This document shows positions 46,207 through 55,864 of a stretch of 64,000 nt of DNA, piece after piece. The translations under genes and the position numbers were made by a program. Every line of letters begins with the position of its first letter. Within the stretch, counting starts at the first letter, position 1. This DNA comes from an uncultured Candidatus Saccharibacteria bacterium (lineage in GTDB: Bacteria; Patescibacteriota; Saccharimonadia; Saccharimonadales; UBA4665). The notes beneath the pieces were generated by a model, which was not told where the DNA came from, made no database searches, and saw only the letters and a list, made by a program, of their open reading frames with translations. The stretch covers positions 12 through 64,011 of the forward strand of contig CAYLWF010000021.1 in NCBI GenBank assembly GCA_964387505.1, in the 5' to 3' direction.

Positions 46207-47403
46207 CTATTTTTCGACGAACGTGTAGGCGTAGCCGACGCGCCCTGCCCTGCCTGCTCGACCGATACGGTGAATGTAATCGTCGTAGCTCTGGGGTTGG
46301 GCGTAGTTGATGACGTGGGTGATGTCACGCACATCGAGGCCGCGAGCGGCAATGTCTGTGGCTACCAAAATATTCACCGTGTTTTCTTTGAAACTATTGA
46401 GTGCACGTGTGCGTTGGGCTTGGCTCTTGCCGCCGTGTATACTCGCGACCGTGAAACCGCGGACGACGAGGGCTTCTTCCAGCCGCTCGACACTACGCTG
46501 CGTGGTTTCAAAAATGATGGCTTTCGACGTGTCGCTATGAATGAGTAAGTCGTGAAGTTTTTCCTGTTTGTCCGACTTGCCGCTGTAGTACACCACGTCT
46601 TGGTGGACGTTGTCGCTCGTGTCGCTCGCCTTCACTGTAACGAGTTCTGCCTCTGGCGAGAAGGTGCGGATGAGTGCACTGACGCGTGCGTCCATGGTTG
46701 CAGAAAAGTAGTACGACTGTCGGTCTTCGGCAAGTTTGCCGAGGAGCAACCGCACGTCATTTACGAAGCCCATGTCGAGCATGCGGTCAACTTCGTCGAG
46801 TACGACGATGTTGAAACTATCGAGCCGCAACGCACCTTGTTCTATGTGGTCTTTTATACGCCCGGGTGTGCCGATGACGAGCCGCGGCTTGCTGCGCAGG
46901 TCGCGAAGCTGCGGCCCGTAGGACATACCGCCGAGCAGTAGCGCTCCGGTAAAACCGCCGCCCTTGCCCATGGCGCGGCACTCTGACTCTATTTGCTGAG
47001 CAAGTTCGCGGGTGGGTGCAACAACGAGGGCCTTACTGTGTTGCTCTGACATTAGGCGGTGCAAAATGGGCAACGCGAACGCAGCCGTTTTGCCCGTACC
47101 AGTGCTAGCAATGCCGATAACGTCTTTACCGGCCATGCCGAGTGCGATGGTCTTATCCTGTATGGGCGTGGGTGTCACAAAGCCTTTGGCGGCAATGTTT
47201 GCGTACAGTCGCGCGTCAAATGCAAAGTCTGCAAAGACGTGGTGTGCTTCGTAGGTTTCGATAGCGACGGGTGAGGCTACTTTGATAAAACGTTCGGGGT
47301 TGATGTACTGACCAGCTCCACGCGGTTTGCGTTGGGGTTTTGGTTTTGCGTAGGGCGAACGACTGCTTTTGTAGGCGTAGCCGCGCCGGGTTGGTGTGGA
47401 CAT
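46207..47403 (-). CDS. DEAD-box ATP-dependent RNA helicase (DEVD variant) with a basic N-terminal extension
   Basis: The start is taken at ATG 47403 (MSTPTRRGYAYKS). Motifs are Q-motif/GFVTPTPIQ, ASTGTGKT, DEVD, SAT, ARGLD and HRIGRAGRAG. Confidence 0.85.
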   Translation of the reverse strand: MSTPTRRGYAYKSSRSPYAKPKPQRKPRGAGQYINPERFIKVASPVAIETYEAHHVFADFAFDARLYANIAAKGFVTPTPIQDKTIALGMAGKDVIGIASTGTGKTAAFALPILHRLMSEQHSKALVVAPTRELAQQIESECRAMGKGGGFTGALLLGGMSYGPQLRDLRSKPRLVIGTPGRIKDHIEQGALRLDSFNIVVLDEVDRMLDMGFVNDVRLLLGKLAEDRQSYYFSATMDARVSALIRTFSPEAELVTVKASDTSDNVHQDVVYYSGKSDKQEKLHDLLIHSDTSKAIIFETTQRSVERLEEALVVRGFTVASIHGGKSQAQRTRALNSFKENTVNILVATDIAARGLDVRDITHVINYAQPQSYDDYIHRIGRAGRAGRVGYAYTFVEK

Positions 47404-47650
47404 GGGTGTGGTTCCTTTCGAGGAAATAATTGGTGTTGCATGTACGCAAATAAACAGACACGTACAAGATTGCCTGCATGACACCGAAGTAACAACCTTC
47501 CAACTCTGGAATCACAAAAACAATTACTCTTATTCTATCATTGATACGGCGTTTTTCCTAGCCTACCGGGCCGTAACTGATCCTGTAAGATTTTTTACTC
47601 AAGGTAAATGCACCGTTTGGTATGATACGTGTATAAAATAGGAGGTTCTT

Positions 47651-48289
47651 ATGAAATTTAAAGTAGCTGCACTGGTTATTTCGCTTGCTGTTGTCGGCGG
47701 AGGATTTTATCTTGCCACAAAGAATAAAGACGATACAAAAACTTCACAGACAAACACGACGACAGCGACATCAGAAAAAAGAGCGGCCGCACCAGATGCG
47801 CCGAAGCTGTTGGCACAGACGGTTGGCAAGGATGCTGATTGCTCGATGTATACGTTTGCTGATCTTACGAAAGTGTGGGGCGTGCCTTTTGTCGACACAG
47901 ACATTAACAAGGTTTCAGAGCTTTCTACCGCTGGCGGCAAGCAGTATTCGTGTGGATATAATCAAACTGATTCTGGGTTGGGCGTAACAGTTACTATCGA
48001 ATACCGAGAGCACCCCGATGTGGCAAGTGCGAAACAAAGCATGAATGACACGCGTAGTACTGAAAAATACGGCGACACTGTGTACTATCTGAAGCAAGAT
48101 GTCACTGATGTGGGCGACGAAGCATTTTTGTGGTCGAAAAATCGGACAGCTGGCTCCAAAGAGCTCAATCAGCAACTGTATGTTCGTAACGGCAGCGTGG
48201 TGTTTCTGCTTTCTAGCGTCAACTTGGATGGTGTGGATGAAAGCTATAAAGATAAACTTGTCGCAACCTATAAACTTCATTTCGAGTAG
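47651..48289 (+). CDS. Secreted/anchored hypothetical protein
   Basis: 212 aa with a strong RBS (AGGAGG). It has an N-terminal TM/signal (VAALVISLAVVGGGFYL). No known motif was recognised. Confidence 0.5.
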   Translation: MKFKVAALVISLAVVGGGFYLATKNKDDTKTSQTNTTTATSEKRAAAPDAPKLLAQTVGKDADCSMYTFADLTKVWGVPFVDTDINKVSELSTAGGKQYSCGYNQTDSGLGVTVTIEYREHPDVASAKQSMNDTRSTEKYGDTVYYLKQDVTDVGDEAFLWSKNRTAGSKELNQQLYVRNGSVVFLLSSVNLDGVDESYKDKLVATYKLHFE

Positions 48290-48300
48290 GAGGACGCACT

Positions 48301-48714
48301 ATGGCTGAACTAAAGACAAAAACGACAGATGTGAGTCCAGCAGATTTTGTGAACAGCGTAGCAAATACCACGCGTCGAGCCGATGGTGAACGCCTACTAC
48401 AAATTTTCGATGAAGAAACGGGCGTGAAACCACTGATGTGGGGTGGAAGTATGGTTGGCTACGGTAGCTATCACTACAAAGGTAAGTCATGTGAGGGAGA
48501 TTGGTTTCGGGTGGGGTTCTCGCCCCGCTCCACTGCTCTTGTGCTGTATGGCCTGGTTTTTTACGACGAAAATGAAGCGAATAATAAACTCTTGAGCAAG
48601 CTCGGGGAACATACGCGCGGAAAAGGCTGTTTGTACGTAAAGTCACTCGCGGACATAGACGAGACAGTGCTCCGCCAGATGATACGAAACGCCTACACTC
48701 ATGACAGTCGATAA
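48301..48714 (+). CDS. DUF1801 (YdhG-like) domain protein
   Basis: 137 aa with an RBS AGGAGG. The pattern PADFVNSV...RRADGERLLQIF...PLMWGGSMVGYGSYHYK is typical of DUF1801. Confidence 0.6.
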   Translation: MAELKTKTTDVSPADFVNSVANTTRRADGERLLQIFDEETGVKPLMWGGSMVGYGSYHYKGKSCEGDWFRVGFSPRSTALVLYGLVFYDENEANNKLLSKLGEHTRGKGCLYVKSLADIDETVLRQMIRNAYTHDSR

Positions 48715-48921
48715 GTATATCTCCTAGCTTCCCAGATGAAAGTTATACAGTGCTATAAGGCTATCGTAAAACGCACGATTTGCATCAGGTTTAGAAGAAG
48801 CCCATTACGGCTACTTTGCAGTTGGCGGTTGCTTCTGGCGCGAGTTTTTCTAGCTGCCGCGTTCGTCATGTCCGAAACGCTGGCGAGTAGCCCTCTATTT
48901 GCCCTGGCTTAGCATGCGTCA

Positions 48922-50070
48922 TTAGCTCTTCTCTATTTCAGTTTTCGCAATGACAAGTTTCTTTGGTTCCATGTGGCCTTTTCGCTCTATCAACTCTAGC
49001 AAACGGTAGTTTACATAGTAAATATGTCTGCCCTTACGCGAGCTTTTCAGGAGTCCTGCCGTTTCCAGTTTTTTCAGGTACTTACTGGTTGTGACATAGT
49101 GCAGACCAGTGTCTTTTGCGAGCCGAACGGGTGTTTGAACGGGCCTGGCAAAAAGCGCATTGAGTAGTTCGTGGCTGTATATATTTGGCAGACTGCCTTT
49201 AACTTCGTCTTTGAACTCACGCTGCAAATCTTGTATGCGTTGCAGTAGTGCGAAGCTATGATTTGCTTGCGTCGTGAAAGCCTTTAGCATAAAACGTATA
49301 AAATCCTCAAGCTTACCGGCCGAGGTTACCTCGCGCAGCAACCGATAGTAGCGTGATTTGTTGACATTTATGTACTGGCTTATGTGTACGACGGGAATAT
49401 CGAGCAAGCCCGCATGTATGAGCTGCAGATTTATGAGCATTCTGCCAGTGCGGCCATTGCCGTCCTCAAATGGGTGTATGGCCTCAAACTGATAGTGGGC
49501 GGCTGCTGTTACGATGAGCGGGTCGACATCATTTTTGGCGTTGACTAGTTTTTCCCAGTCACTGATAAGCATAGGAATATTGGCAGCATTTGGAGGAGTG
49601 TAGTGTATTTTACCCCTGCCATCACCTATTACTACTGGGAGACGGCGATACCCTTCTGCTCCAGTCGGAATCAAACGGTGCTGAATGCCTGTGATGAGAC
49701 GTGAAATCAGTCCGTACTGCCCGACATGGTTAAACCCCCATAGCGAAGCTACCGTGTAGTTTATGACCAGTTGGCTGCTTGATTTACTGTCGGCATCTGG
49801 AGCGACCTGGCGCTGCATAACCTCTAGAAGCGTGGTGTTGATATTTTCGATTTCTGAACTCTCAACCGCTTCTTTGACAAAAATAGGATTCATGAGCGAC
49901 ACGCCGCTTTGTGGCAGCCCTCGCAAGTAGCCCTTTATCTGCGCCAGTGCAATGTTTGCCTCAGTGAGTTCGCGCGACAAACTTGCTTCAGCTGCCTGCA
50001 GCTGGGCAGTGGTGATAGGGGGTACTATGTAGGGTTTTTTTGCGTCAAAACTCATGCCAGTAGTATACAC
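48922..50070 (-). CDS. Fic-family protein (AMPylase-type) with an intrinsic inhibitory motif and a C-terminal wHTH-like region
   Basis: 382 aa. The Fic active site is HPFEDGNGRTGR. The N-terminal SSEIEN fits the (S/T)xxxE(G/N) inhibitory helix. Confidence 0.85.
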   Translation of the reverse strand: MYTTGMSFDAKKPYIVPPITTAQLQAAEASLSRELTEANIALAQIKGYLRGLPQSGVSLMNPIFVKEAVESSEIENINTTLLEVMQRQVAPDADSKSSSQLVINYTVASLWGFNHVGQYGLISRLITGIQHRLIPTGAEGYRRLPVVIGDGRGKIHYTPPNAANIPMLISDWEKLVNAKNDVDPLIVTAAAHYQFEAIHPFEDGNGRTGRMLINLQLIHAGLLDIPVVHISQYINVNKSRYYRLLREVTSAGKLEDFIRFMLKAFTTQANHSFALLQRIQDLQREFKDEVKGSLPNIYSHELLNALFARPVQTPVRLAKDTGLHYVTTSKYLKKLETAGLLKSSRKGRHIYYVNYRLLELIERKGHMEPKKLVIAKTEIEKS

Positions 50071-50210
50071 CCATATATTAACAAATGAAAGAAATGTTTA
50101 TATATTGTACGAGATATGTGAATGGCATTTATATGTAGAGACGTATGTGTCAATAAAACAGCATGTAAGTGCTCATAGCTTGGGGTATTTACCAAACAGA
50201 CTCACCTCTG

Positions 50211-50287
50211 CTGTCATTCCCGCGAAGGCGGGAATCCAGTCAATAAGAAATCTCAATTCTGGATCCCAGTCTTCGCTGGGATAACAG
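50211..50287. mobile_element. Intergenic MITE-like palindromic element
   Basis: It reads CTGTCATTCCCGCGAAGGCGGGAATCC...CCCAGTCTTCGCTGGGATAACAG. It has terminal inverted repeats and two internal hairpins. The architecture matches the purL insert. Confidence 0.6.
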
Positions 50288-50583
50288 GGGTAGATGGAGA
50301 GTTTTACCCCAGGTTGTGAGCAGACACAACAGCGTTACGTTCATAGGAGAGTGCTGTTGAATGGCGAAATGAATATCAAAAAGACGTACTATCTCTGGAG
50401 CACTCTCTGCGGCTTGCTGAGCTGGTACTCCAACTCGCTCCAAATTGCACAGGAGGGTATACCGCTGGTTATCACGGCTATTATGTCAGGCTCATGTATT
50501 CCGACTTAGGCTAGAAGTAACAGATCGGAGGTCGTTGCCAGCAGAGGTTTGCTTCTGTCTGCAGGGCAAGGGATAATGAGCCC

Positions 50584-51168
50584 ATGGACATAAAACAACT
50601 GCTCGCTGGGGTTGCAGCCGTACTAGCGCTGCTGGTGTATATGCCTTACCTACACGCGCTTATCAAGAAAAAGATTCAACCTCACCCCTACACCTGGCTG
50701 CTTTGGTCAATCGTGACCGGCACAACACTGGCTGGCCAACTGGTGAGCGGCGCGGGTGTGGGAATGCTGCCAACGGTTGTGTCGGAGATGATGACGGTGT
50801 GTATTTTTGTGTTTGCGCTGCGGTTTGGGTTTCGGCACATTGTGAAGGTGGACAACTACTACCTGGCGGCTGCTCTGCTCGGGCTTATCCCGTGGGCGAT
50901 TACGCGTAATCCGACTATATCGGTTATCATCGCGGTAGGGATTGACCTCGTGGCGTTTGCGCCGACCGTTCGCAAAACCTGGCACAACCCGAAGTCAGAG
51001 GCGGCCACGCTCTACGCTGCAAATACCATCAAACATATCTTCGGGCTGCTGGCGCTCCAGTCGTACAATATCGCGACGGCGCTTCATCCTGCAGCAATGA
51101 TTCTGAGCAATGCTCCAATGGCTCTGATGATTTTGTTCAAAAAACCACCCCCCCAAGAAACCAGCTAA
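50584..51168 (+). CDS. Polytopic membrane protein, unknown function (weak PQ-loop/SWEET-like look)
   Basis: 194 aa with ~6 TM helices. The N-terminal helix followed by YMPYLHALIKKK resembles a PQ-loop motif with the Q replaced. Confidence 0.4.
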   Translation: MDIKQLLAGVAAVLALLVYMPYLHALIKKKIQPHPYTWLLWSIVTGTTLAGQLVSGAGVGMLPTVVSEMMTVCIFVFALRFGFRHIVKVDNYYLAAALLGLIPWAITRNPTISVIIAVGIDLVAFAPTVRKTWHNPKSEAATLYAANTIKHIFGLLALQSYNIATALHPAAMILSNAPMALMILFKKPPPQETS

Positions 51169-51419
51169 ACCCTGAGTGTTCGTCGGGCTAGCTTCTTTGC
51201 CTTATTCCAGGCCTACGATACTCCGGCCGTCAGTTCGGGAATGCAAGTCCCTCCGGAGTCGGCTCGCTCCAGAATATAGCTTTCCTCTACCAGAACCTTA
51301 GTTCGGACAGTATCACCGTAGAAGCTATATCTCTACTGGCTGTCTCGTAGGACTGCGCAGCATGGTGGGGAGCTTGTTTGGGCGGATGAAAACTCGTGCA
51401 GTCTTGTATAATCGTAGCT

Positions 51420-51725
51420 ATGGTCAAAATGGACATTTTAGGTGGGACAGTACATGAACTACCAGCCGATGTAAAGGAAATGTTGACAGCAAACCAAGCA
51501 GTGCTGGCGGCATGGCAGGATATCACGCCGTTAGCGAGAAATGAGTTCATATGCTGGGTGCTGGAGGCGAAAAAGCCCGAAACTCGCGCAAAGCGGATTT
51601 TGGTCGCCAAAGACAAACTCTCCCGCGGCGAACGCCGCCCCTGCTGCTGGATTGGCTGCATACACCGCCCCGACAAACCCCTGAGCCCGTCCGTCAAAGG
51701 CATCCTCGAAAAGCGTCGCAAATAA
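51420..51725 (+). CDS. YdeI/OmpD-associated family protein
   Basis: The pattern AWQDITPLARNEFICWVLEAKKPETRAKRI is typical of the YdeI family. The start is uncertain (GTG 51396, ATG 51420 or 51429). Confidence 0.6.
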   Translation: MVKMDILGGTVHELPADVKEMLTANQAVLAAWQDITPLARNEFICWVLEAKKPETRAKRILVAKDKLSRGERRPCCWIGCIHRPDKPLSPSVKGILEKRRK

Positions 51726-51800
51726 TTAATTTATACTTGCTCTTCACCTGGGGATAGAAATTAACAGAGAGTAGTTTCACTTGGTTTTTGCAAGAAGGCT

Positions 51801-52802
51801 TTACGCTTTTGGTTGCGGGGCTGGTGGATGAGGGTTTTTCAGCCACAACGAAGCGGCAATCCCGGCCGCGAGCAAGCCAAAAAGTATACCCAAACTGACC
51901 GCAATCGGTGGGTGGTAGCCGAGCGGCGCAGCAATCATCTTGAGCCCTATCCAGAGCAATATGCCTGCGAGCGCCCAGTTGATAGCCCAAAACTTGCCTG
52001 AAACTGCATCGTACACAAAGTAGAGTGAACGTAGCCCGAGGATGGCAAAGACATTGCTGGCGTAGGCAATGTAGGTGTCGGAGGTGACAGCCAGTACCGC
52101 CGGTACACTGTCGATGGCAAACATAATGTCGGTAAGTTCTATCATGAGTATGACGGCTGCCATCATGGTCAGCATGCGTTTGCCGTTGACGACGGTGGTG
52201 AGTTTGTTGCCGTCGAACTTGTGGTGAATGGGCAGCAGTCTGTCCAGCACTTTCCAGGTGCGGGTTTTCAGAATGTCGTCTGGGCTGGGGTGCTTGGCGC
52301 CGCGCGCGTGCTCAAACGCGTGCATGGCAGCCCTGAGCAGTATGAGCCCGAAAATAATGCTGACCCAGGAAAAACGCTGCAAAAGCTCTAAGCCTGCGAC
52401 AATAAACAGCAGTCGGAAAAAAATCGCGCCCACGATACCATAGTTCAAAATACGGCGGCGATACTTTTGTTCAACATGAAATGCTGCGAAGATGATGCCG
52501 AACACAAACAGATTGTCTAGGCTCAAAGACTTTTCGACCGCCCAAGCTGCGAGGTATTCGGCAGCAGCGCGTTGCTCAACAAAAAAGTAGATCGGTATGG
52601 CGAACAGTAGTGAAATAGATATGTAGAATACCGACCAGCGAACAGCTTCTTTGAAGCTCACGACGTGATCGCGGCGGCCATGAATGTACTCGATAATGGC
52701 GTACAGAACCAGCGCCGCACCTATCACAGCGTACATAAACCACGGCACATTGTAGGTGACCATTTCCTTCGCGGACGAGGCCGCAGCAAATAGATTTGTC
52801 AT
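51801..52802 (-). CDS. TerC-family integral membrane protein (Alx/MntP-like exporter family)
   Basis: 333 aa, polytopic. It has the TerC signature EKSLSLDNLFVF and a second-half repeat (ELTDIMFAIDSVPAV). Confidence 0.8.
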   Translation of the reverse strand: MTNLFAAASSAKEMVTYNVPWFMYAVIGAALVLYAIIEYIHGRRDHVVSFKEAVRWSVFYISISLLFAIPIYFFVEQRAAAEYLAAWAVEKSLSLDNLFVFGIIFAAFHVEQKYRRRILNYGIVGAIFFRLLFIVAGLELLQRFSWVSIIFGLILLRAAMHAFEHARGAKHPSPDDILKTRTWKVLDRLLPIHHKFDGNKLTTVVNGKRMLTMMAAVILMIELTDIMFAIDSVPAVLAVTSDTYIAYASNVFAILGLRSLYFVYDAVSGKFWAINWALAGILLWIGLKMIAAPLGYHPPIAVSLGILFGLLAAGIAASLWLKNPHPPAPQPKA

Positions 52803-52892
52803 TCACTCTATACTACCAGATTACTTGCCGATTCCGATGGCGTAATGCCTGAATATCAAGCAATGGGTTTACATAAGCGCTATACTGTAGCT

Positions 52893-53691
52893 ATGAAAGT
52901 ACAGAACAAAACAATTGTGGTGACGGGAGCTGGTGGGGGTATAGGTAGTGCGTTGGTGCGAGAACTGTTGCGCCGCGGAGCGCGGGTCGCAGCCGTCGAC
53001 TTACGTGAAGAAGGCTTACGAGCACTGAAAAAGCAGTCTTTCAGATGCCGAAAAACTGAGTCTGCATGCGCTGGATATTACTGACCGCGAAGCAGTTGCG
53101 GCGTTGCCGGCACAGGTTATTGCAGCACATCGGCAGGTGGACGGGCTTATCAACTGCGCGGGCATTATTCAGCCGTTTGTGAAGGCGCAAGACCTAGATT
53201 TTGTCGCTATAGAGCGGGTGATGAATATAAATTTTTACGGCACGCTCACTATGACTAAGGCGTTTTTGCCAGAACTGCTGAAGCGGCCAGAAGCGCACCT
53301 AGTGAATGTTTCAAGTATGGGCGGCTTTCTGCCAGTGCCAGGCCAGAGCGTGTATGGGGCGAGTAAGGCGGCCGTGAAGCTACTAAGTGAGGCGCTTTAT
53401 GCCGAGTTGCTGGCTACACCCGTTCACGTGAGCGTCGTGTTCCCGGGTGCCACGCAAACTGACATTACAAAAAATTCGGGTGTGAAAGCACCGGTTGCAC
53501 CCGGAGACATGAAAAACTATAAATCCCTCACTGCGGATGCCGCTGCGCGACTGATGTTGGACGGTGTAGAGCGCAACAAAGTGCAGATTTACACCGGCAG
53601 TGACTCGAAATTTATGCACCAGCTCTACCGCTTTGCACCGGTTTTTGCCACCCGCTTCATTGCCAAAAAAATGAAAAAACTCCTGCAATAG
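52893..53691 (+). pseudogene. Short-chain dehydrogenase/reductase, frameshifted copy of 62357..63154
   Basis: ORFs 52845..53084 and 53104..53691 together align with the intact paralogue. Removing one A from the A5 run at 53038..53042 restores ...ALKSSLSDAEKLSLHALDITD... in frame. Confidence 0.7.
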
Positions 53692-53693
53692 GT

Positions 53694-55037
53694 TTATATT
53701 TCTGACGCTGCTCGTTTGCCTGAAAGATACGCTCCGTGCGTAGTAGACGGATATGTGCTGTGCGTATGCTCGCCTGCAAAGTGAATATGCCCGTATGGTT
53801 TTGCAATGTCATCATACATGCTGAGTGATGCGCCCGGCGGAACGTAAGAGTAGCTGCCGAGGGTAAACGGGTCGGCGTACCATTTGCTAGTGACAGTAGT
53901 TATGGGCGGTTTTGCCTGCGGGTAAGCGCTTTTCAGTACTTCATATGCTCGCTGGCCAATGGCTGCCTCGCTGAGTCCCTCAAGGCTTGTCGCATCTGTA
54001 CCACCATGGAGGGCGAGCAGAGTTGGTTTGCCGGTTGCTGGCATGAGATTTATGAACTCACCCCATTTTGTACCGTTGCTGCGCATAATACCAATAGTTG
54101 TTACATTGTCCCAAAACGGTGTGTCGAAAGTAAGGAACGTTTTGTGAAGATTGCCCATTTTTAGGTGTTGCACAGCCTGCTGTTTGGCTGTGGGTAAAGT
54201 CGGCTCAAACGTTATACTGCCCTTTTGTAGCACCCCAAGCGGTACGGTTACGATAACGTCATCGCCGACAAATGTTTTGCCATCTTTGCAGGTAACAATT
54301 ACGTTTTTGCCAGTATCCTGTATGCTGCTAACTATATGGCTGAGACGAATGTCTAGGCCAGCGGCAAGGTTTTTTATGACACTGCTATAGTCTCCTGTTA
54401 CTAGGTAATCGCCGCCTTTGAGTTCTCCCTCCTCCCAATATTGCTGAGTAGAAATGTTTGCCAAGTCAGTGCCTATCTCTGTTTGGTTGTCGATCTGCAG
54501 ACGGTAGAGTAATTCGTTTGCCTTGGGCGAGCGAGAGGCTTTGTATGATTGCCAGGTTGTGAGCAACGATTGGTCTTTTGCGAGTCTGTCTTTTTGCGTT
54601 TCCACGAAGCTGAAAAATGGATCTAGATCGTCATTAATCTCTGTCTGTTTGCCGTCTTTATACACAACGATATCATCAAAATCAACCTTCGCTAGAATAA
54701 CACCTTCACTTTCCAGGATGCTTGCCACCGGATTTTGCTGGTTGCCATGTATGAAGGAAGCGCCGAGTTCATATCGCTGGCCGCCGACCTGAGTTGACTG
54801 AATCCGCCCACCTATAACATCTTTCGCTTCCAGCACGGTTGCCTGGTGACCTTTGTCGTGTAAGTCACGCGCTGCAGACAGCCCAGATATACCTGCCCCA
54901 ACGACAATTACTTTTTTTGGTGCGGGCCGCGTGTACGACAAGGTCATAGTAAGTCCTCCTATAAGCAGCGCTCCGAGTGCAATAACTTGTACGCCACGAC
55001 GGGCTGTATATGTGTGATAAGGTAATTTCTGACGCAT
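53694..55037 (-). CDS. Flavin-containing amine oxidase family protein with an N-terminal membrane anchor/signal
   Basis: 447 aa. It has a dinucleotide fold (VIVVGAGISGLSAARDL) and a C-terminal amine-oxidase motif (HFAGEHT). Confidence 0.75.
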   Translation of the reverse strand: MRQKLPYHTYTARRGVQVIALGALLIGGLTMTLSYTRPAPKKVIVVGAGISGLSAARDLHDKGHQATVLEAKDVIGGRIQSTQVGGQRYELGASFIHGNQQNPVASILESEGVILAKVDFDDIVVYKDGKQTEINDDLDPFFSFVETQKDRLAKDQSLLTTWQSYKASRSPKANELLYRLQIDNQTEIGTDLANISTQQYWEEGELKGGDYLVTGDYSSVIKNLAAGLDIRLSHIVSSIQDTGKNVIVTCKDGKTFVGDDVIVTVPLGVLQKGSITFEPTLPTAKQQAVQHLKMGNLHKTFLTFDTPFWDNVTTIGIMRSNGTKWGEFINLMPATGKPTLLALHGGTDATSLEGLSEAAIGQRAYEVLKSAYPQAKPPITTVTSKWYADPFTLGSYSYVPPGASLSMYDDIAKPYGHIHFAGEHTHSTYPSTTHGAYLSGKRAASEI

Positions 55038-55182
55038 AGATTGTTCTGCGGTTATTGTGCGCCAAAATCAGGTGTCTGTCTATGGGGTTTGTCATATGTT
55101 GACTGCGTACATGTTCTATCACTTATTTTTGAAATATTTTTGAAGCGAACGTTGTAGTACATAGGTAAAAGGAGAACAACGT

Positions 55183-55848
55183 ATGAATCTAAAAAAACTT
55201 CAAACCCACTGGAAAGTACTTTTGCTAGTACTTTTAGTTGTCGCGCTGAGCGGTACAACGGTGTGGGCGCTTCAGGAAAAGAACCGAGCCAACGAACTGA
55301 GTCAGCAACGGAGCGGTCAGGGGCAAAACTGGTCGAACAGCCAGGCAACCGACACGACTGCTCATTTGGAGGAGCATGGTATTACGCCGCAAAACGCGGA
55401 GGAAGCAAGCAACAGTGCCGCTACGGCTGATGAACTCACCTATCTTATTGAGGAAGAAAAATTAGCGCACGATGTCTACCAAGCAATGTATGACAAATGG
55501 GGCGCGCGGGTGTTTGGCAACATCAAAAACAGTGAAACCATGCACCAAAACATGGTGTGGGCGGTGATGGAAAGCCGCGGCCTTGCCGACTCTCGAACTG
55601 CAACCGCCGGCACTTTTAAAAACGCAGATTTGCAGGCGCTGTACGACAGGCTGATTGCGCAGGGCAACCAAAGTGTGCAGGAGGCCTACAAAGTCGGTGT
55701 AGTTGTCGAAGAAACCGACATTGCCGACCTGAAAAAGACGCTTGCAAACCTTGACCCGAAAGATGCGGACGTAAAAGCGGTTTTGGAAAATCTGCTGCAC
55801 GCGTCTGAGAATCATCTTCGGGCATTTAGCCGCCAGGCGAATAGATAG
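55183..55848 (+). CDS. DUF2202 (ferritin-like) domain protein, secreted/anchored
   Basis: 221 aa. It has an N-terminal TM helix, and LTYLIEEEKLAHDVYQAMYDKWGARVFGNIKNSETMHQ is typical of DUF2202. Confidence 0.65.
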   Translation: MNLKKLQTHWKVLLLVLLVVALSGTTVWALQEKNRANELSQQRSGQGQNWSNSQATDTTAHLEEHGITPQNAEEASNSAATADELTYLIEEEKLAHDVYQAMYDKWGARVFGNIKNSETMHQNMVWAVMESRGLADSRTATAGTFKNADLQALYDRLIAQGNQSVQEAYKVGVVVEETDIADLKKTLANLDPKDADVKAVLENLLHASENHLRAFSRQANR

Positions 55849-55864
55849 CATATACTATCTTTAC

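Noticed and set aside
52803-52892. yybP-ykoY (Mn) riboswitch upstream of the TerC-family gene
   Set aside because: The spacer is only about 90 nt and I could not recognise the conserved four-way-junction sequences. This is not supported without a covariance-model search.
52845-53691. Treating 52845..53084 and 53104..53691 as two separate genes
   Set aside because: Together they align end to end with the intact SDR at 62357..63154. A single extra A in an A5 run explains the split.
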